A stretch of 64,000 bases of DNA from Spirochaetota bacterium (GTDB lineage: Bacteria; Spirochaetota; UBA4802; UBA5550): positions 544,001 to 608,000 of the forward strand of contig CAXXHB010000002.1 of the NCBI GenBank assembly GCA_963664815.2, given 5' to 3'. The translations under genes were made by a program, and so were the position numbers. Below are positions 29,743 through 39,789 of this stretch, one piece after another; position 1 is the first letter of the stretch, and the number at the start of each line of letters is the position of its first letter. A model generated the notes under the pieces. The model was not told the DNA's origin and did not search any database. It saw only the letters and a program-made list of their open reading frames with translations.

Positions 29743-30120
29743 ATGGAGAAAACCATGAAGATGCTTATTGTAGACGATTCATTTGTTATCCGCAAAACAA
29801 TTGAGAAATATGCTGCTGAACTGGGAATAGAAAATATTCTGACTGCTCATAACGGCATCGAGGCGATAAAAATATTTAAAGCAGAGTTGCCATCTCTGGT
29901 AACCATGGATATAACAATGCCGGAAATGGATGGAATACAGTGTCTTGATGAAATAATGAAGATAGACCCTGACTCGAAAGTAATAATGATTACAGCCCTT
30001 AAAGATAATTCTACCGGCATGCTTGCATTGAAGAAAGGGGCTTCCGGATTCCTTCATAAACCATTTACGTCTGAACAGATAAGAGATGAAATAATGGCAG
30101 TTACCGGAGCAGAACTATGA
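29743..30120 (+). CDS. Single-domain response regulator (CheY-like)
   Basis: Motifs VDDS, MDITMPEMDG (phospho-Asp), MITA, KPF. Confidence 0.92.
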   Translation: MEKTMKMLIVDDSFVIRKTIEKYAAELGIENILTAHNGIEAIKIFKAELPSLVTMDITMPEMDGIQCLDEIMKIDPDSKVIMITALKDNSTGMLALKKGASGFLHKPFTSEQIRDEIMAVTGAEL

Positions 30121-30563
30121 CAGAACGGGAACTGAAGTATTTTATTGATGTTGTAGTAAACTATTTCCGCAATATTTCTGGTGAGCCTTCAGAGATGGGT
30201 ATACCATTTATCAAAGAAAAAGAGAATACGTTGCTTGACTATACCGGGCTTATCGGCATTTCCGGGGCAAAAAAAGGTGCTATATATCTGACATCGACAA
30301 AAGAGATGCTGGCTGATATCACATCCATTCTTCTTGGAGAAGACAGTCCAGGGGAAGAACTGATTGTAGATATGGCCGGAGAGATTGCAAACACTGTTGC
30401 AGGGAATGTTAGAGAGAATTTTGGTTCTTCTTTTATGATATCAGTTCCTATAATACTTAAAGGGAGTCCGGATGATGTTATTATAAGGATGGTCCCTCCG
30501 ATATTTATTATACCAATAAAATGGCGGGTATTCAGCGCCTATCTTGCCGTTGGTCTTGAATAG
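30117..30563 (+). CDS. cheX: Chemotaxis phosphatase CheX
   Basis: YTGLIGISG and DMAGEIANTVAGN (E-x2-N motif), ISVP. ATGA overlap with the CheY-like gene. Confidence 0.85.
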   Translation: MTERELKYFIDVVVNYFRNISGEPSEMGIPFIKEKENTLLDYTGLIGISGAKKGAIYLTSTKEMLADITSILLGEDSPGEELIVDMAGEIANTVAGNVRENFGSSFMISVPIILKGSPDDVIIRMVPPIFIIPIKWRVFSAYLAVGLE

Positions 30564-30574
30564 GAGGATTGTTA

Positions 30575-33307
30575 ATGGAAAAGACTTCAATAGATATATT
30601 GTGGATATTGACTGCGTCTGCGCTGGTATTTGTCATGAGAGCCGGATTTGCCATGCTTGAATCCGGTATAGTCCGTTCAAAAAATTCAATTAATGTTTCC
30701 GTAAAAGTTCTTTCTGATCTGGCAATTTCTCTTGTCGTGTTCTGGCCCATAGGTTTTGGTATAATGTTCGGTTCTTCATGGCATGGGTTAATAGGTACAA
30801 ATTTTTATTTTCCACATCTGTCAGGAATGTATATATCGGTATTTTTTCTTTTTCACGCGATGTTTACATCCACAAGTGCAACTATAGTTTCCGGAGCAGT
30901 TGCCGAAAGGATTAAATATCCGGCGTACCTGATAATCACTCTGATCTTTTCAGCTGTGATTTATCCGGTATTTGGCCACTGGGCATGGAATAATGGAATA
31001 TCCGGTAGTACCCCCGGATGGCTCGTTAAACTAGGGTTCATTGATTTTGCGGGGAGTACTGTAGTACATAGTATCGGAGGATGGATGTCCGCTGCAGTAA
31101 TTTTAATTCTGGGTCCAAGGATCGGCAGGTATAATGAAGATGGTTCAGTAAACCGTGTGACAGGTTCTAATACCCAGACGGCGGTTGTAGGAACGATATT
31201 GTTATGGTTCGGCTGGATCGGGTTTAACGGAGGATCGACTCTTGCGATGAATGATGCAGTCCCGGGAATAATTGTAAACACATGTCTTTCCGGGGCAGCG
31301 GGATTTGTTGTGACACTTATTGCGGGATGGTATATCCGCGGATTTGCTGATGTTGGTCTGGTTGTAAACGGGACCCTGGCGGGTCTGGTTGCTGTGACGG
31401 CATCATGCGCATACGTTAATGAATGGCAATCTATGGTTATCGGTGCAATTGGTGGACTGGTAATGCTTCTTGTAGAATGGCTGATAGACAGGCTGAAAAT
31501 CGATGATGCGGTTGGTGCCATCCCTGTTCACCTGGGAGCCGGGATCTGGGGTACTCTTGCGGTGGGTCTTTTCAGCGACATGAAGCTACTTGGAACTAAC
31601 CTAACAAGAATTCAGCAGACAGGAGTTCAGCTGGCAGGGATTCTGGCGGCAGCTGTCTGGGCTTTCGGTGTAGCCTTTATTGTCATCTGGACGATAAACA
31701 GGATTTTCCCTATACGTGTGAAACCTGAAGATGAATACCAGGGCCTGAACATTTCGGAACACAGGGCATCGACTGAAATTTATGATCTTTACAATTCGCT
31801 GGAGGAACAGGCGAGGACAGGAGATCTTTCAATAAGGATACATGAGGAACCCTTTACAGAAATGGGACAGATCGCAAGACGTTATAACCAGGTGATAGCC
31901 ACGCTGGAGGAGAACCTTGTAGCAAAATCTGATTATGTAAGCATACTGGATAATGTCAGCGACGGGCTGTTCCTGATGGACAGGGATAACAGAATTGCAC
32001 CGCATTATTCGGGATCACTCGAAAAGATATTTGAACAGACTTCTCTGGCCGGAATCAGCTTTGATAAATTACTGGATGGGCTTGTGTCTGAAAAAGATCT
32101 GAATTCATTCAAAGAGTATTCATTAATGCTTTTTGACAGTAAATTTTCTTTTCGTACTCTTGAGAAACTGAATCCGCTGAAAAAAATCGGGATATTTATA
32201 GATGACAGAAAAGGAGGGTTTCTCTCCAAACATATTGAATGCAGTTTTTTAAGGATTACAGAAAATAATACAATATCAAGGGTTATGGCCATTGTCAGGG
32301 ATGTTACCGCAGAGACAGAACTCACTTCAGAGATGGAGAAGGTTAAAGAAAGGAGTCAAAGAGAGATGCAGATGTTCTACCGTATATTACGGATAGAACC
32401 TGCGATGTTTATCGAATTCCTTTCAAATCTTGAAGAGAACATTTCTAAAATCAACGAAATACTTGAGTTTGAAAAAGGGAGTCTTGTTGAAATGCTTAAT
32501 GAAATGTATAGATATGTTCATTCAATTAAAGGAGATGCTAATCTGTTTGAGCTTGATTTTCTTGCACAGAAGGCCCATAATTTTGAAAGCCGGATTGAGG
32601 AACTGCTTCAGAATACCAGTCTTGAGAATGCTGATTTTATTCCACTTGCGGTAATGGTTTCTGAACTTCACAGCACAGTAACACAGATGCAGCTTCTAAT
32701 AGAGCAGATACTGTCGTTCCAGAAAGATTTTTCATCGCATAACAACAGTTCTGAAGAGCTGATAGTATTTTCAGTAAAAAATACAATAAACAGGCTGACA
32801 GGAAAAACAGGAAAGATAATAACAATTGACTCGAGCGGGTTTGATATCCTGAACATACCTGTAAATCTACGGAAAAAAGTAAAAGAAATATTTATACAGC
32901 TGGCACGGAATTCTGTTATACATGGCATTGAAACCCCGGAAGAGAGAATCGCGGCAGGAAAGAATCACACCGGTCAGATAAAACTTTCAGCAATAAAAAA
33001 AGATGATTGTGTTGTTATCTCATACAGTGATGACGGCAGAGGAATTGATTTTGAAAACCTTGGAAAGAGTGCAGCCGGGACTGGTCAAAGACCGGATAGT
33101 GAGGTATCTCCTGCTTCAAGAAAAAAGCTGATCGAACTTATGTTTCAGCCGGGTGTTTCAACTTCTGAAACTGCAGATCTAGATTCCGGACGGGGTATAG
33201 GAATGTTTCTGGTAAGAAGGACAATCGCCGAACTGAACGGACGGATAACGGTAAAGACAAGGAAGGGTGAATTCTGCGAATTTGAATTTGCAATTCCCTG
33301 CGCGTGA
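30575..33307 (+). CDS. Ammonium transporter (Amt) fused to PAS, Hpt and CheA-type histidine kinase domains
   Basis: Amt motifs GFAMLESG, SGAVAER, DFAGSTVVH, WFGWIGFNGGS, DDAVGAIPVH. PAS-like ILDNVSDGLF. Hpt VHSIKG. HATPase RNSVIHGIE, DDGRG, SGRGIGM. RBS GGAGGA. Confidence 0.9.
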   Translation: MEKTSIDILWILTASALVFVMRAGFAMLESGIVRSKNSINVSVKVLSDLAISLVVFWPIGFGIMFGSSWHGLIGTNFYFPHLSGMYISVFFLFHAMFTSTSATIVSGAVAERIKYPAYLIITLIFSAVIYPVFGHWAWNNGISGSTPGWLVKLGFIDFAGSTVVHSIGGWMSAAVILILGPRIGRYNEDGSVNRVTGSNTQTAVVGTILLWFGWIGFNGGSTLAMNDAVPGIIVNTCLSGAAGFVVTLIAGWYIRGFADVGLVVNGTLAGLVAVTASCAYVNEWQSMVIGAIGGLVMLLVEWLIDRLKIDDAVGAIPVHLGAGIWGTLAVGLFSDMKLLGTNLTRIQQTGVQLAGILAAAVWAFGVAFIVIWTINRIFPIRVKPEDEYQGLNISEHRASTEIYDLYNSLEEQARTGDLSIRIHEEPFTEMGQIARRYNQVIATLEENLVAKSDYVSILDNVSDGLFLMDRDNRIAPHYSGSLEKIFEQTSLAGISFDKLLDGLVSEKDLNSFKEYSLMLFDSKFSFRTLEKLNPLKKIGIFIDDRKGGFLSKHIECSFLRITENNTISRVMAIVRDVTAETELTSEMEKVKERSQREMQMFYRILRIEPAMFIEFLSNLEENISKINEILEFEKGSLVEMLNEMYRYVHSIKGDANLFELDFLAQKAHNFESRIEELLQNTSLENADFIPLAVMVSELHSTVTQMQLLIEQILSFQKDFSSHNNSSEELIVFSVKNTINRLTGKTGKIITIDSSGFDILNIPVNLRKKVKEIFIQLARNSVIHGIETPEERIAAGKNHTGQIKLSAIKKDDCVVISYSDDGRGIDFENLGKSAAGTGQRPDSEVSPASRKKLIELMFQPGVSTSETADLDSGRGIGMFLVRRTIAELNGRITVKTRKGEFCEFEFAIPCA

Positions 33308-33314
33308 GGGTTGA

Positions 33315-34568
33315 ATGAATATAGATTATACCAAACACGAAGATGGTACTGAGCAATTTGATATTGATCCTGTGATCTCAGGCAGCGATAACTATCGGAC
33401 TCCGGGTGTTCTCAGGCTGTATAAACGCAAACGACCCCGGGGAAGAACTTTCAGCATATCAAATATTGCTTCCGGTTTTTTTTATGTGCACCGCGATGCT
33501 CTGATTGGGGATGTTGTTGAAGATATGAATACCCATGAAACACTCCTTGCAGTAGGGATGGTAGGTGATGAAGGTGAAGCCCTGGGGGTCATTACCAGAA
33601 GAGAACTTTTTAATCTTCTGGGCAAATCATTCGGAGAAGATGCTGCTAAGGATATGCCTGTATCAAGAATTGCTAAAACTACAGGCATTTACCATGAGGA
33701 CGCAAATACTCTCTCTGTTTCGGAACAGATTGCCGATGAGATGAAAAAACCGACACTCCGATTTTTTCTGATATCAGATTCTGACGGTAAGTTTGCTGGT
33801 ATTTTTTCAACCCGGGATATTATGATGCATCTTGCTGCAATTACCAGGCAGGATATTGATACAGCAGGAGCAATACAATCGCGTATCGTGCCTGAAAATA
33901 CATTTATAGTAAATGGAAGGGTAGAAGCGGCAGCATCAACACAGATGGCTTTGGGCGTAGGCGGCGATTTTTACTCGATAAGATCCTTCCCTGATGAGAA
34001 ATGGTTTTTCCTGACGGCAGATGTATCTGGTAAAGGTATGGGAGCATCACTTCTGACATCCATTGCCGGAGGGTTTATCCATATGTATAATTTTTCCGGC
34101 GGAATAAAGCAGCTTATAAAAAAACTTAACAGTTACATTTTTAACACATTTGATTCTGAAAAGTTCATTACATCGGTTTTCATGACACTTGACGGCAATA
34201 TCGGAGATTTATCAATTTGCGATATGGGACATTCAATGGTTTATCTTATGAGAAATAATAAAATGCACCATATCAAATCAGGACTGAATAATCTTCCACT
34301 TGGAATTGTTGAGGACATTGATCCTGCTTCTGTATTGCTTAAACTTAAACATGATGATATAATTCTGCTGGTAACGGATGGTGTTACAGAACAGCGGGAT
34401 ACAGATGAAAATGAATACAGTATTGACCGGTGTGGAGGCATAATTGCAGCGAACATAGAAGAATCGCTCGAGAAAATTATGAAACTGTTACGCGATGATA
34501 TAAACATTTTCAGGGGCGGGAAACAGCAGTATGATGATATAACATATATGCTGATAAGGTATAGATGA
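33315..34568 (+). CDS. CBS-pair plus SpoIIE/PP2C-type serine phosphatase
   Basis: CBS-like motifs LGVITRRE and GIFSTRD. PP2C motifs VGGDFY, ADVSGKG, TDGVTE, DDIT. Confidence 0.88.
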   Translation: MNIDYTKHEDGTEQFDIDPVISGSDNYRTPGVLRLYKRKRPRGRTFSISNIASGFFYVHRDALIGDVVEDMNTHETLLAVGMVGDEGEALGVITRRELFNLLGKSFGEDAAKDMPVSRIAKTTGIYHEDANTLSVSEQIADEMKKPTLRFFLISDSDGKFAGIFSTRDIMMHLAAITRQDIDTAGAIQSRIVPENTFIVNGRVEAAASTQMALGVGGDFYSIRSFPDEKWFFLTADVSGKGMGASLLTSIAGGFIHMYNFSGGIKQLIKKLNSYIFNTFDSEKFITSVFMTLDGNIGDLSICDMGHSMVYLMRNNKMHHIKSGLNNLPLGIVEDIDPASVLLKLKHDDIILLVTDGVTEQRDTDENEYSIDRCGGIIAANIEESLEKIMKLLRDDINIFRGGKQQYDDITYMLIRYR

Positions 34569-34898
34569 TATAAGCAGGTATAATAATAACCTAAGGTAAA
34601 ACTTTAACAGAAAGTCAGTTTAAACAGAGTTATATTGAAATCATAAAGTCAGTACGGATATTAAATTTTTCTATTATAAAATTCATTATGGATCTTTAAC
34701 GCCAGGGAGTTGAGTATAAACTCTCTGGTATAAAATATTTACCTTTCTGGAAAGTCAATAATAAAGCTGTGAGACTCATGGTTTATTGTTAAAAATTGTA
34801 TCTATTTTGGATCAAATATATGAATAATTCTTTAACTTTTCCGGCAGGAATGCCGGTATGGAGATGCAATATATTTATATTAATTAAAGGATGAGACA

Positions 34899-35450
34899 AT
34901 GAAAACAGCCCTGTTAATTGTTGATGTTCAGAATGATTATTTCCCCGGGGGAAAAATGGAACTCCATGGAAGCATTGAAGCGGGTATGAAAATAAAAAAT
35001 ATACTGGAGTATTTTCGAAAAGAGAATATGCCGGTTTTTCATGTGCAGCATATCTCAATAAAACCGGGAGCTACATTTTTCCTTCCGGATTCACAAGGAG
35101 TGAAAATTCATGAAAATGTACAGCCGGAAGATGGGGAGAAAGTGGTAGTTAAACATTATCCTAACAGCTTTCGTGATACCACTCTTCACGAATTGTTAAA
35201 AAAGAATGAAGTCTCCAGGCTTGTAATTGCCGGAATGATGACACATATGTGCATTGACACCACCGTACGTGCGGCATTTGATCTTGGTTATGAATGCATA
35301 GTAGCAGGTGACGGCTGTGCCACAAGATCCCTCGGGTTTGATAATAATATAATTACAGCAGAAGATGTACAGCGTTCATTTCTGGCGGCTCTTAACGGTA
35401 CATTTGCGAAAGTTGTAAAAGCAGACCAGATCTATGATCTTCTTAAATAA
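34899..35450 (+). CDS. Cysteine hydrolase (isochorismatase family)
   Basis: Motifs ALLIVDVQNDYF, KHYPNSF, GMMTHMCIDTT. Confidence 0.93.
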   Translation: MKTALLIVDVQNDYFPGGKMELHGSIEAGMKIKNILEYFRKENMPVFHVQHISIKPGATFFLPDSQGVKIHENVQPEDGEKVVVKHYPNSFRDTTLHELLKKNEVSRLVIAGMMTHMCIDTTVRAAFDLGYECIVAGDGCATRSLGFDNNIITAEDVQRSFLAALNGTFAKVVKADQIYDLLK

Positions 35451-35535
35451 TTTTTAAAACAGATAATTCATGTATTAAAAGCGTTAAAACTTTACAATGA
35501 TTGTTGTTCTAATAATTTGAAAGAGGGGGCAGCAG

Positions 35536-36282
35536 TTGAAAATCAGGATTTTAGGAAACGGAGGGGCAATAAATGACGGGTTGCCGTACAATTCATTTAT
35601 GGTTGATGATTTTTTTCTGGTAGAAGTCCCTCCCGATATTATGACATCGCTTTTCAGGGAAAAAGTTAAACTATCCGGATTGAAAGCAATCTACATTTCA
35701 CATTTCCATGGCGATCATTGCTTCGGTCTGCCGTTTCTTCTGTTGAGAATATTTTTTAATTCAGAGGGAAGAAATTACGATTACAAAATAAAGATAATCG
35801 GACCGGAGAATGTTAAACAAAGAACAAAGGAGCTATGTATTCTGGCTTTGGGAAGGACTCACCCTGTAAATAACTGGATAGAAGATAACTTTATTTTTAT
35901 AGATCTATCTGCCGGAAGCAGAATTGATGCCGGTAACGGAATTTCTCTTGAAATTTTTTTCATGGATCACTTAGTGGAGACATACGGTTTTTCTGCATAC
36001 CGGAATGATCGTATAACCTTTTCATATTTTGCTGATACACTGTGGAGTGATGAACTTCTTTCTCAGATAAAATTATTTCCTGAAATAATTATAACAGACC
36101 TGAATGGGGAGCAATCAGACCCTGAAAAAATTCATATGTCGGAAAAGGATCTGTTTGAAAATGCCATACCTTATGGAGAAGGGAAAATCGTTTTTTACGG
36201 AACACATCTGAAAACACAAAAAGAATCTTCCCATGAAAAAATAAAGTACGTGCATCCCGGAGAGAGTATATTATTGAAGTGA
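35536..36282 (+). CDS. MBL-fold metallo-hydrolase (RNase Z-like)
   Basis: HxHxDH motif ISHFHGDH, plus ADT, IHMS and GTHL. Confidence 0.85.
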   Translation: MKIRILGNGGAINDGLPYNSFMVDDFFLVEVPPDIMTSLFREKVKLSGLKAIYISHFHGDHCFGLPFLLLRIFFNSEGRNYDYKIKIIGPENVKQRTKELCILALGRTHPVNNWIEDNFIFIDLSAGSRIDAGNGISLEIFFMDHLVETYGFSAYRNDRITFSYFADTLWSDELLSQIKLFPEIIITDLNGEQSDPEKIHMSEKDLFENAIPYGEGKIVFYGTHLKTQKESSHEKIKYVHPGESILLK

Positions 36283-36297
36283 TTTACGTGAAATTTT

Positions 36298-36978
36298 TCA
36301 TTTCAGCGGTTTGATTACTGTTCCCTGATCTTTGATTTTATTATAAAGTTGTCTGGCTGTGATTATAAATGTAGGGGAGACATCGAGACCGGCCTTTTGA
36401 AGAGCCTTTGCCACCCATGTATTGCATGTATTAAAAAGATGATACCTGTAAACTGACTTGAAAAAAATTATCTCTCCGGAATGCCTGCTGGAAGTAATTA
36501 CGGATTCATCATCAGATCCCTTTATAAAACTTTTACCTATAAAATCAAGGAGTTTCATATACTGTTCGGTGGTAAGTGAAAGTCTCACTGTAAAATCACT
36601 CCATAAAATAAAATTTTCCATTGCCGCGCTGCATCCCTCAATGCGTATTACACTTGTATTGGGAAGAAGAATAGCTCTTGCTCCCATACATATATTATTA
36701 TTGGGATCCTGGTAGAATTTTTCTTCCCCCCAGCCGATATCTATAAAGTTGTAATCCCTGAAATATTTTAGAGACGATATAACATGTATAGATTCGTTTT
36801 CCACGGGGATTATGATTCCTGTATGCATGTAATTATTAACTATGTAAATGGAATGTATATCGGATTGTGAATTCGGGTTTATTAAACTCTCTGTATTCTC
36901 CCTGCCTGTACAGCAGAAAGATACGGACAGGATTAAGTTTAAAAAGATAATCAGCAGTCTGCATTTCGATGGAATCAT
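36298..36978 (-). CDS. DUF2459 family protein
   Basis: Motifs HTGIIIP, IGWGE..FY, YHLFNTCNTWVAKAL. N-terminal signal peptide. Confidence 0.8.
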   Translation of the reverse strand: MIPSKCRLLIIFLNLILSVSFCCTGRENTESLINPNSQSDIHSIYIVNNYMHTGIIIPVENESIHVISSLKYFRDYNFIDIGWGEEKFYQDPNNNICMGARAILLPNTSVIRIEGCSAAMENFILWSDFTVRLSLTTEQYMKLLDFIGKSFIKGSDDESVITSSRHSGEIIFFKSVYRYHLFNTCNTWVAKALQKAGLDVSPTFIITARQLYNKIKDQGTVIKPLK

Positions 36979-37022
36979 TTCAAAAACCTCATCCGGTTTA
37001 TATCGAAGATAAATTTTAATAA

Positions 37023-37622
37023 TCAGAAAAAATATGATTTAATGCCGCTCATCATCATCTCCAGTGCAATAAAAGAAACAAGGACTGCCATTATCTTTTC
37101 CAGTCCCTTTGAAAATTCGCTGCCAAGAAGTTTTTCAATATATGAAGAAGCTGAAAGCAGCAGAGAACCTATGATTACCGCTATAAAAACTGATAGAATT
37201 AAATATAATCTGTCCCATCCATGAAGACCAAGATATGAAATCATACCGAATGTCATACATCCCGGTCCGGCCAGCATCGGTATAGCCAGGGGAGAGACAA
37301 CAATACTTCCCGGATTTAAAGGTTCATTCTTTTCATCGCCGGAATGATTTGTCAGTATCATCTGGAAGGCGATATAAAGAAGAAGAATTCCACCCCCTGC
37401 TTTAACCGCCTCTATCGAGATATAGAAATAATTCATTATCTGCCTTCCGAGTATTGAAAATATCAGTACAATTGCGCCGGCTATGGCTGACGATGTAAAA
37501 GCAATTTTAACCCTTTCTTTAGTTGAAAATTTATTTGTAAGGGAGATGAATAGAGGTATTGTCCCGATGAAGTCCATCAGTATGAACATAGGAATGAATA
37601 AAGATAAAAATTTTGCCGTCAT
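37023..37622 (-). CDS. MarC family membrane protein
   Basis: 6-TM protein with PLAIPMLAGPG. Confidence 0.9.
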   Translation of the reverse strand: MTAKFLSLFIPMFILMDFIGTIPLFISLTNKFSTKERVKIAFTSSAIAGAIVLIFSILGRQIMNYFYISIEAVKAGGGILLLYIAFQMILTNHSGDEKNEPLNPGSIVVSPLAIPMLAGPGCMTFGMISYLGLHGWDRLYLILSVFIAVIIGSLLLSASSYIEKLLGSEFSKGLEKIMAVLVSFIALEMMMSGIKSYFF

Positions 37623-37819
37623 TGAATACGCTCCACTGTTTAAGGATAGTATGACTTAATATAATGTGAACCGTATTTTAAAGTTTTTTTTAAAATAATT
37701 GCAGTTTGAAAATAATAAACAATAGAATTTTGTAAATTTTGGATTCAATGCTTGATATATCGCTGTTTGTATATTATAGTGTTTATAAGTTGAAGTCTGT
37801 GTGCAGGAGATGAAATATT

Positions 37820-38173
37820 ATGAAAGAAAGAAACAAATCCAGGGTAGTATTTCACGTTAACGCTTCGATTGAGTATGACGGAAATATTGTAAATGGAGAT
37901 GTTGAAAATCTAAGCACAAACGGGATGTTTATGAATACGAAAGAGAACATACCGGTAGAGAAGGAAGTGGAGGTCTCCATATATCTTTCAGGGACAACAT
38001 CTGAATTGAGCCTTAATATTAAAGGTATAGTTGTCAGGAAGGATGCAAAGGGCGTTGCTGTTAACTTTAAAGAGATAGAATTTGATTCTTTCATTCATCT
38101 CAGGAATATTATTGAATTCAATACAGCAGGAAACAGTGAAGTGATGAAAGAGTTTACACAGGAAAGGAAATGA
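37820..38173 (+). CDS. PilZ domain protein (c-di-GMP receptor)
   Basis: RxxxR (ERNKSR) and NLSxxG (NLSTNG) motifs. RBS AGGAG. Confidence 0.85.
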   Translation: MKERNKSRVVFHVNASIEYDGNIVNGDVENLSTNGMFMNTKENIPVEKEVEVSIYLSGTTSELSLNIKGIVVRKDAKGVAVNFKEIEFDSFIHLRNIIEFNTAGNSEVMKEFTQERK

Positions 38174-38350
38174 ACTTTATTTATAAGTTATACAATTTTT
38201 TTAAAAAAAGCCAGAGATTTTCTCTCTGATTTTTTATGGCTAAATTTGTTTTAATACAATAATTACATATGAATTCAATGTAAAAATTACTTGAAAGTCG
38301 AAGAATTTCTGCAAATGATTTCACAGATATCAAATCTGGTAAAAAAATAG

Positions 38351-38513
38351 TATAGACAGTTCTTATATAAAAACTGTTCTTTCCTATCTGTTATTAACCG
38401 GCTGAAACATATAGACGATTTATAGACCCTTTACTGACAGTATATTAACAGTAGTTTACTTATGTCTGAAAGGGTGAGCATACTGTCTGAATACTGTCTA
38501 TAGACTGTCAATA
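38351..38513. repeat. Array of 11-bp phased repeats (consensus TATAGACAGTA) in two inverted blocks
   Basis: Forward units at 38351, 38410, 38421, 38432, 38443. Reverse units at 38460, 38481, 38492, 38503. Confidence 0.65.
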
Positions 38514-38694
38514 AAATACAGCAAAATAGTAATTTATACATTATTGTATAGTGGAATTAACTGTTACAGCTTAAGATATTTTGAAACAATTATTAAAGAA
38601 GGAATTTTTAAGCTGATAACGCAGTATCAGCAGTAAAAGTAATTGAATTTAATTGAACTGAAGTAAAAAGTAACAAATTATCTACGTTATCTGA

Positions 38695-39738
38695 ATGAAT
38701 ACAATTATCAATAAATACTCAGCAGTTATATTGGCTTTCATCTCGGCTATGTTGTTTGGAATTAATACTCCTGTTAATAAATATTTACTGAAGGATTTTA
38801 ATCCATTTTTTCTCGCAGGGCTTCTGTATCTTGGTGCATCAATCAGTTTGTTTCCGGTTTTGCTGGTCAGGGGGGAGCTGTCGCTGCTTTTAAAACTGAA
38901 CCGTAGTAATAAAGTAAAGCTCTCAGGTTCGGTTATAACAGGGGGGATACTCGGTCCGATTCTTATACTGTCTGGCCTCAGAATAGCTCCGGCGTCTTCT
39001 GTTTCCCTTTGGCTTAATCTTGAACTGGCTGCAACCACTATTCTCGGATATTTTTTCTTCAAAGATTTTCTTGGAATCAAAGGGTGGGTAGGAGTAGTTA
39101 TAGCTCTCCTTTCCGGGCTGATGCTGACTGTAAATGAAGGACGTGCGGGTATTGTTCCTGCGGTATTAGTATGTTTTGCGTGTATATGCTGGGGTTTTGA
39201 TAATCATTTCACGGCGCTTATTGACGGTATTTCTGCAGTTCAGAGTACTTTCATCAAGGGAATTTTTGCGGGGACAATTAATACAACTGCAGGTTATTAC
39301 TTTTCCAGACAGCCGATATCGTTTGAATTTTTAATCTATGCACTTCTACTGGGTGGTATTTCATACGGGATTAGTATTGTTCTTTATATAATTTCAGCCC
39401 AGAAACTCGGGGCAATACGAAGTCAGATAATATTTTCAAGCGCGCCGTTTTTCGGAGTTTTCTTTTCGGTGCTTTTTTTATCTGAAAGTATAAGTTATCT
39501 TCAGGCATCATCTTTCTTTTTATTTCTCTGCTCAATTTATCTTTTTATATCTGAGAAACACGAACATTATCACCATCACCATGAGGTTGAACATACCCAC
39601 TTCCATAGACATGATGATATGCATCATGATCATACACATGAGAAAGAAATTCCGTATCATGAGCACATTCATCATCATGAGAAAAATGAACACACACATC
39701 AGCATCTTCCCGATATGCATCACAGGCATAAACATTAA
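38695..39738 (+). CDS. DMT/EamA family transporter with His-rich C-terminal tail
   Basis: 10-TM EamA pair (LAGLLYLGA, CWGFDN, SSAPFFG). The last ~60 aa are very His-rich, ending PDMHHRHKH. Confidence 0.9.
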   Translation: MNTIINKYSAVILAFISAMLFGINTPVNKYLLKDFNPFFLAGLLYLGASISLFPVLLVRGELSLLLKLNRSNKVKLSGSVITGGILGPILILSGLRIAPASSVSLWLNLELAATTILGYFFFKDFLGIKGWVGVVIALLSGLMLTVNEGRAGIVPAVLVCFACICWGFDNHFTALIDGISAVQSTFIKGIFAGTINTTAGYYFSRQPISFEFLIYALLLGGISYGISIVLYIISAQKLGAIRSQIIFSSAPFFGVFFSVLFLSESISYLQASSFFLFLCSIYLFISEKHEHYHHHHEVEHTHFHRHDDMHHDHTHEKEIPYHEHIHHHEKNEHTHQHLPDMHHRHKH

Positions 39739-39789
39739 GAGGTCAGCTGGGTTTAAGAGACTTATACTCTTTATAATCTGAAACAGGAA

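Noticed and set aside
34702-34728. Hairpin CCAGGGAGTT-N7-AACTCTCTGG after the SpoIIE gene
   Set aside because: It has no U-tract and lies ~130 bp from the stop, which is insufficient to call a terminator or ncRNA.
38351-38513. Possible CRISPR array
   Set aside because: The units are 11 bp, contiguous and degenerate, with no spacers and no cas genes.
39556-39735. CAT/CAC-rich low-complexity DNA repeat
   Set aside because: It is explained by the poly-histidine coding tail of the DMT transporter.
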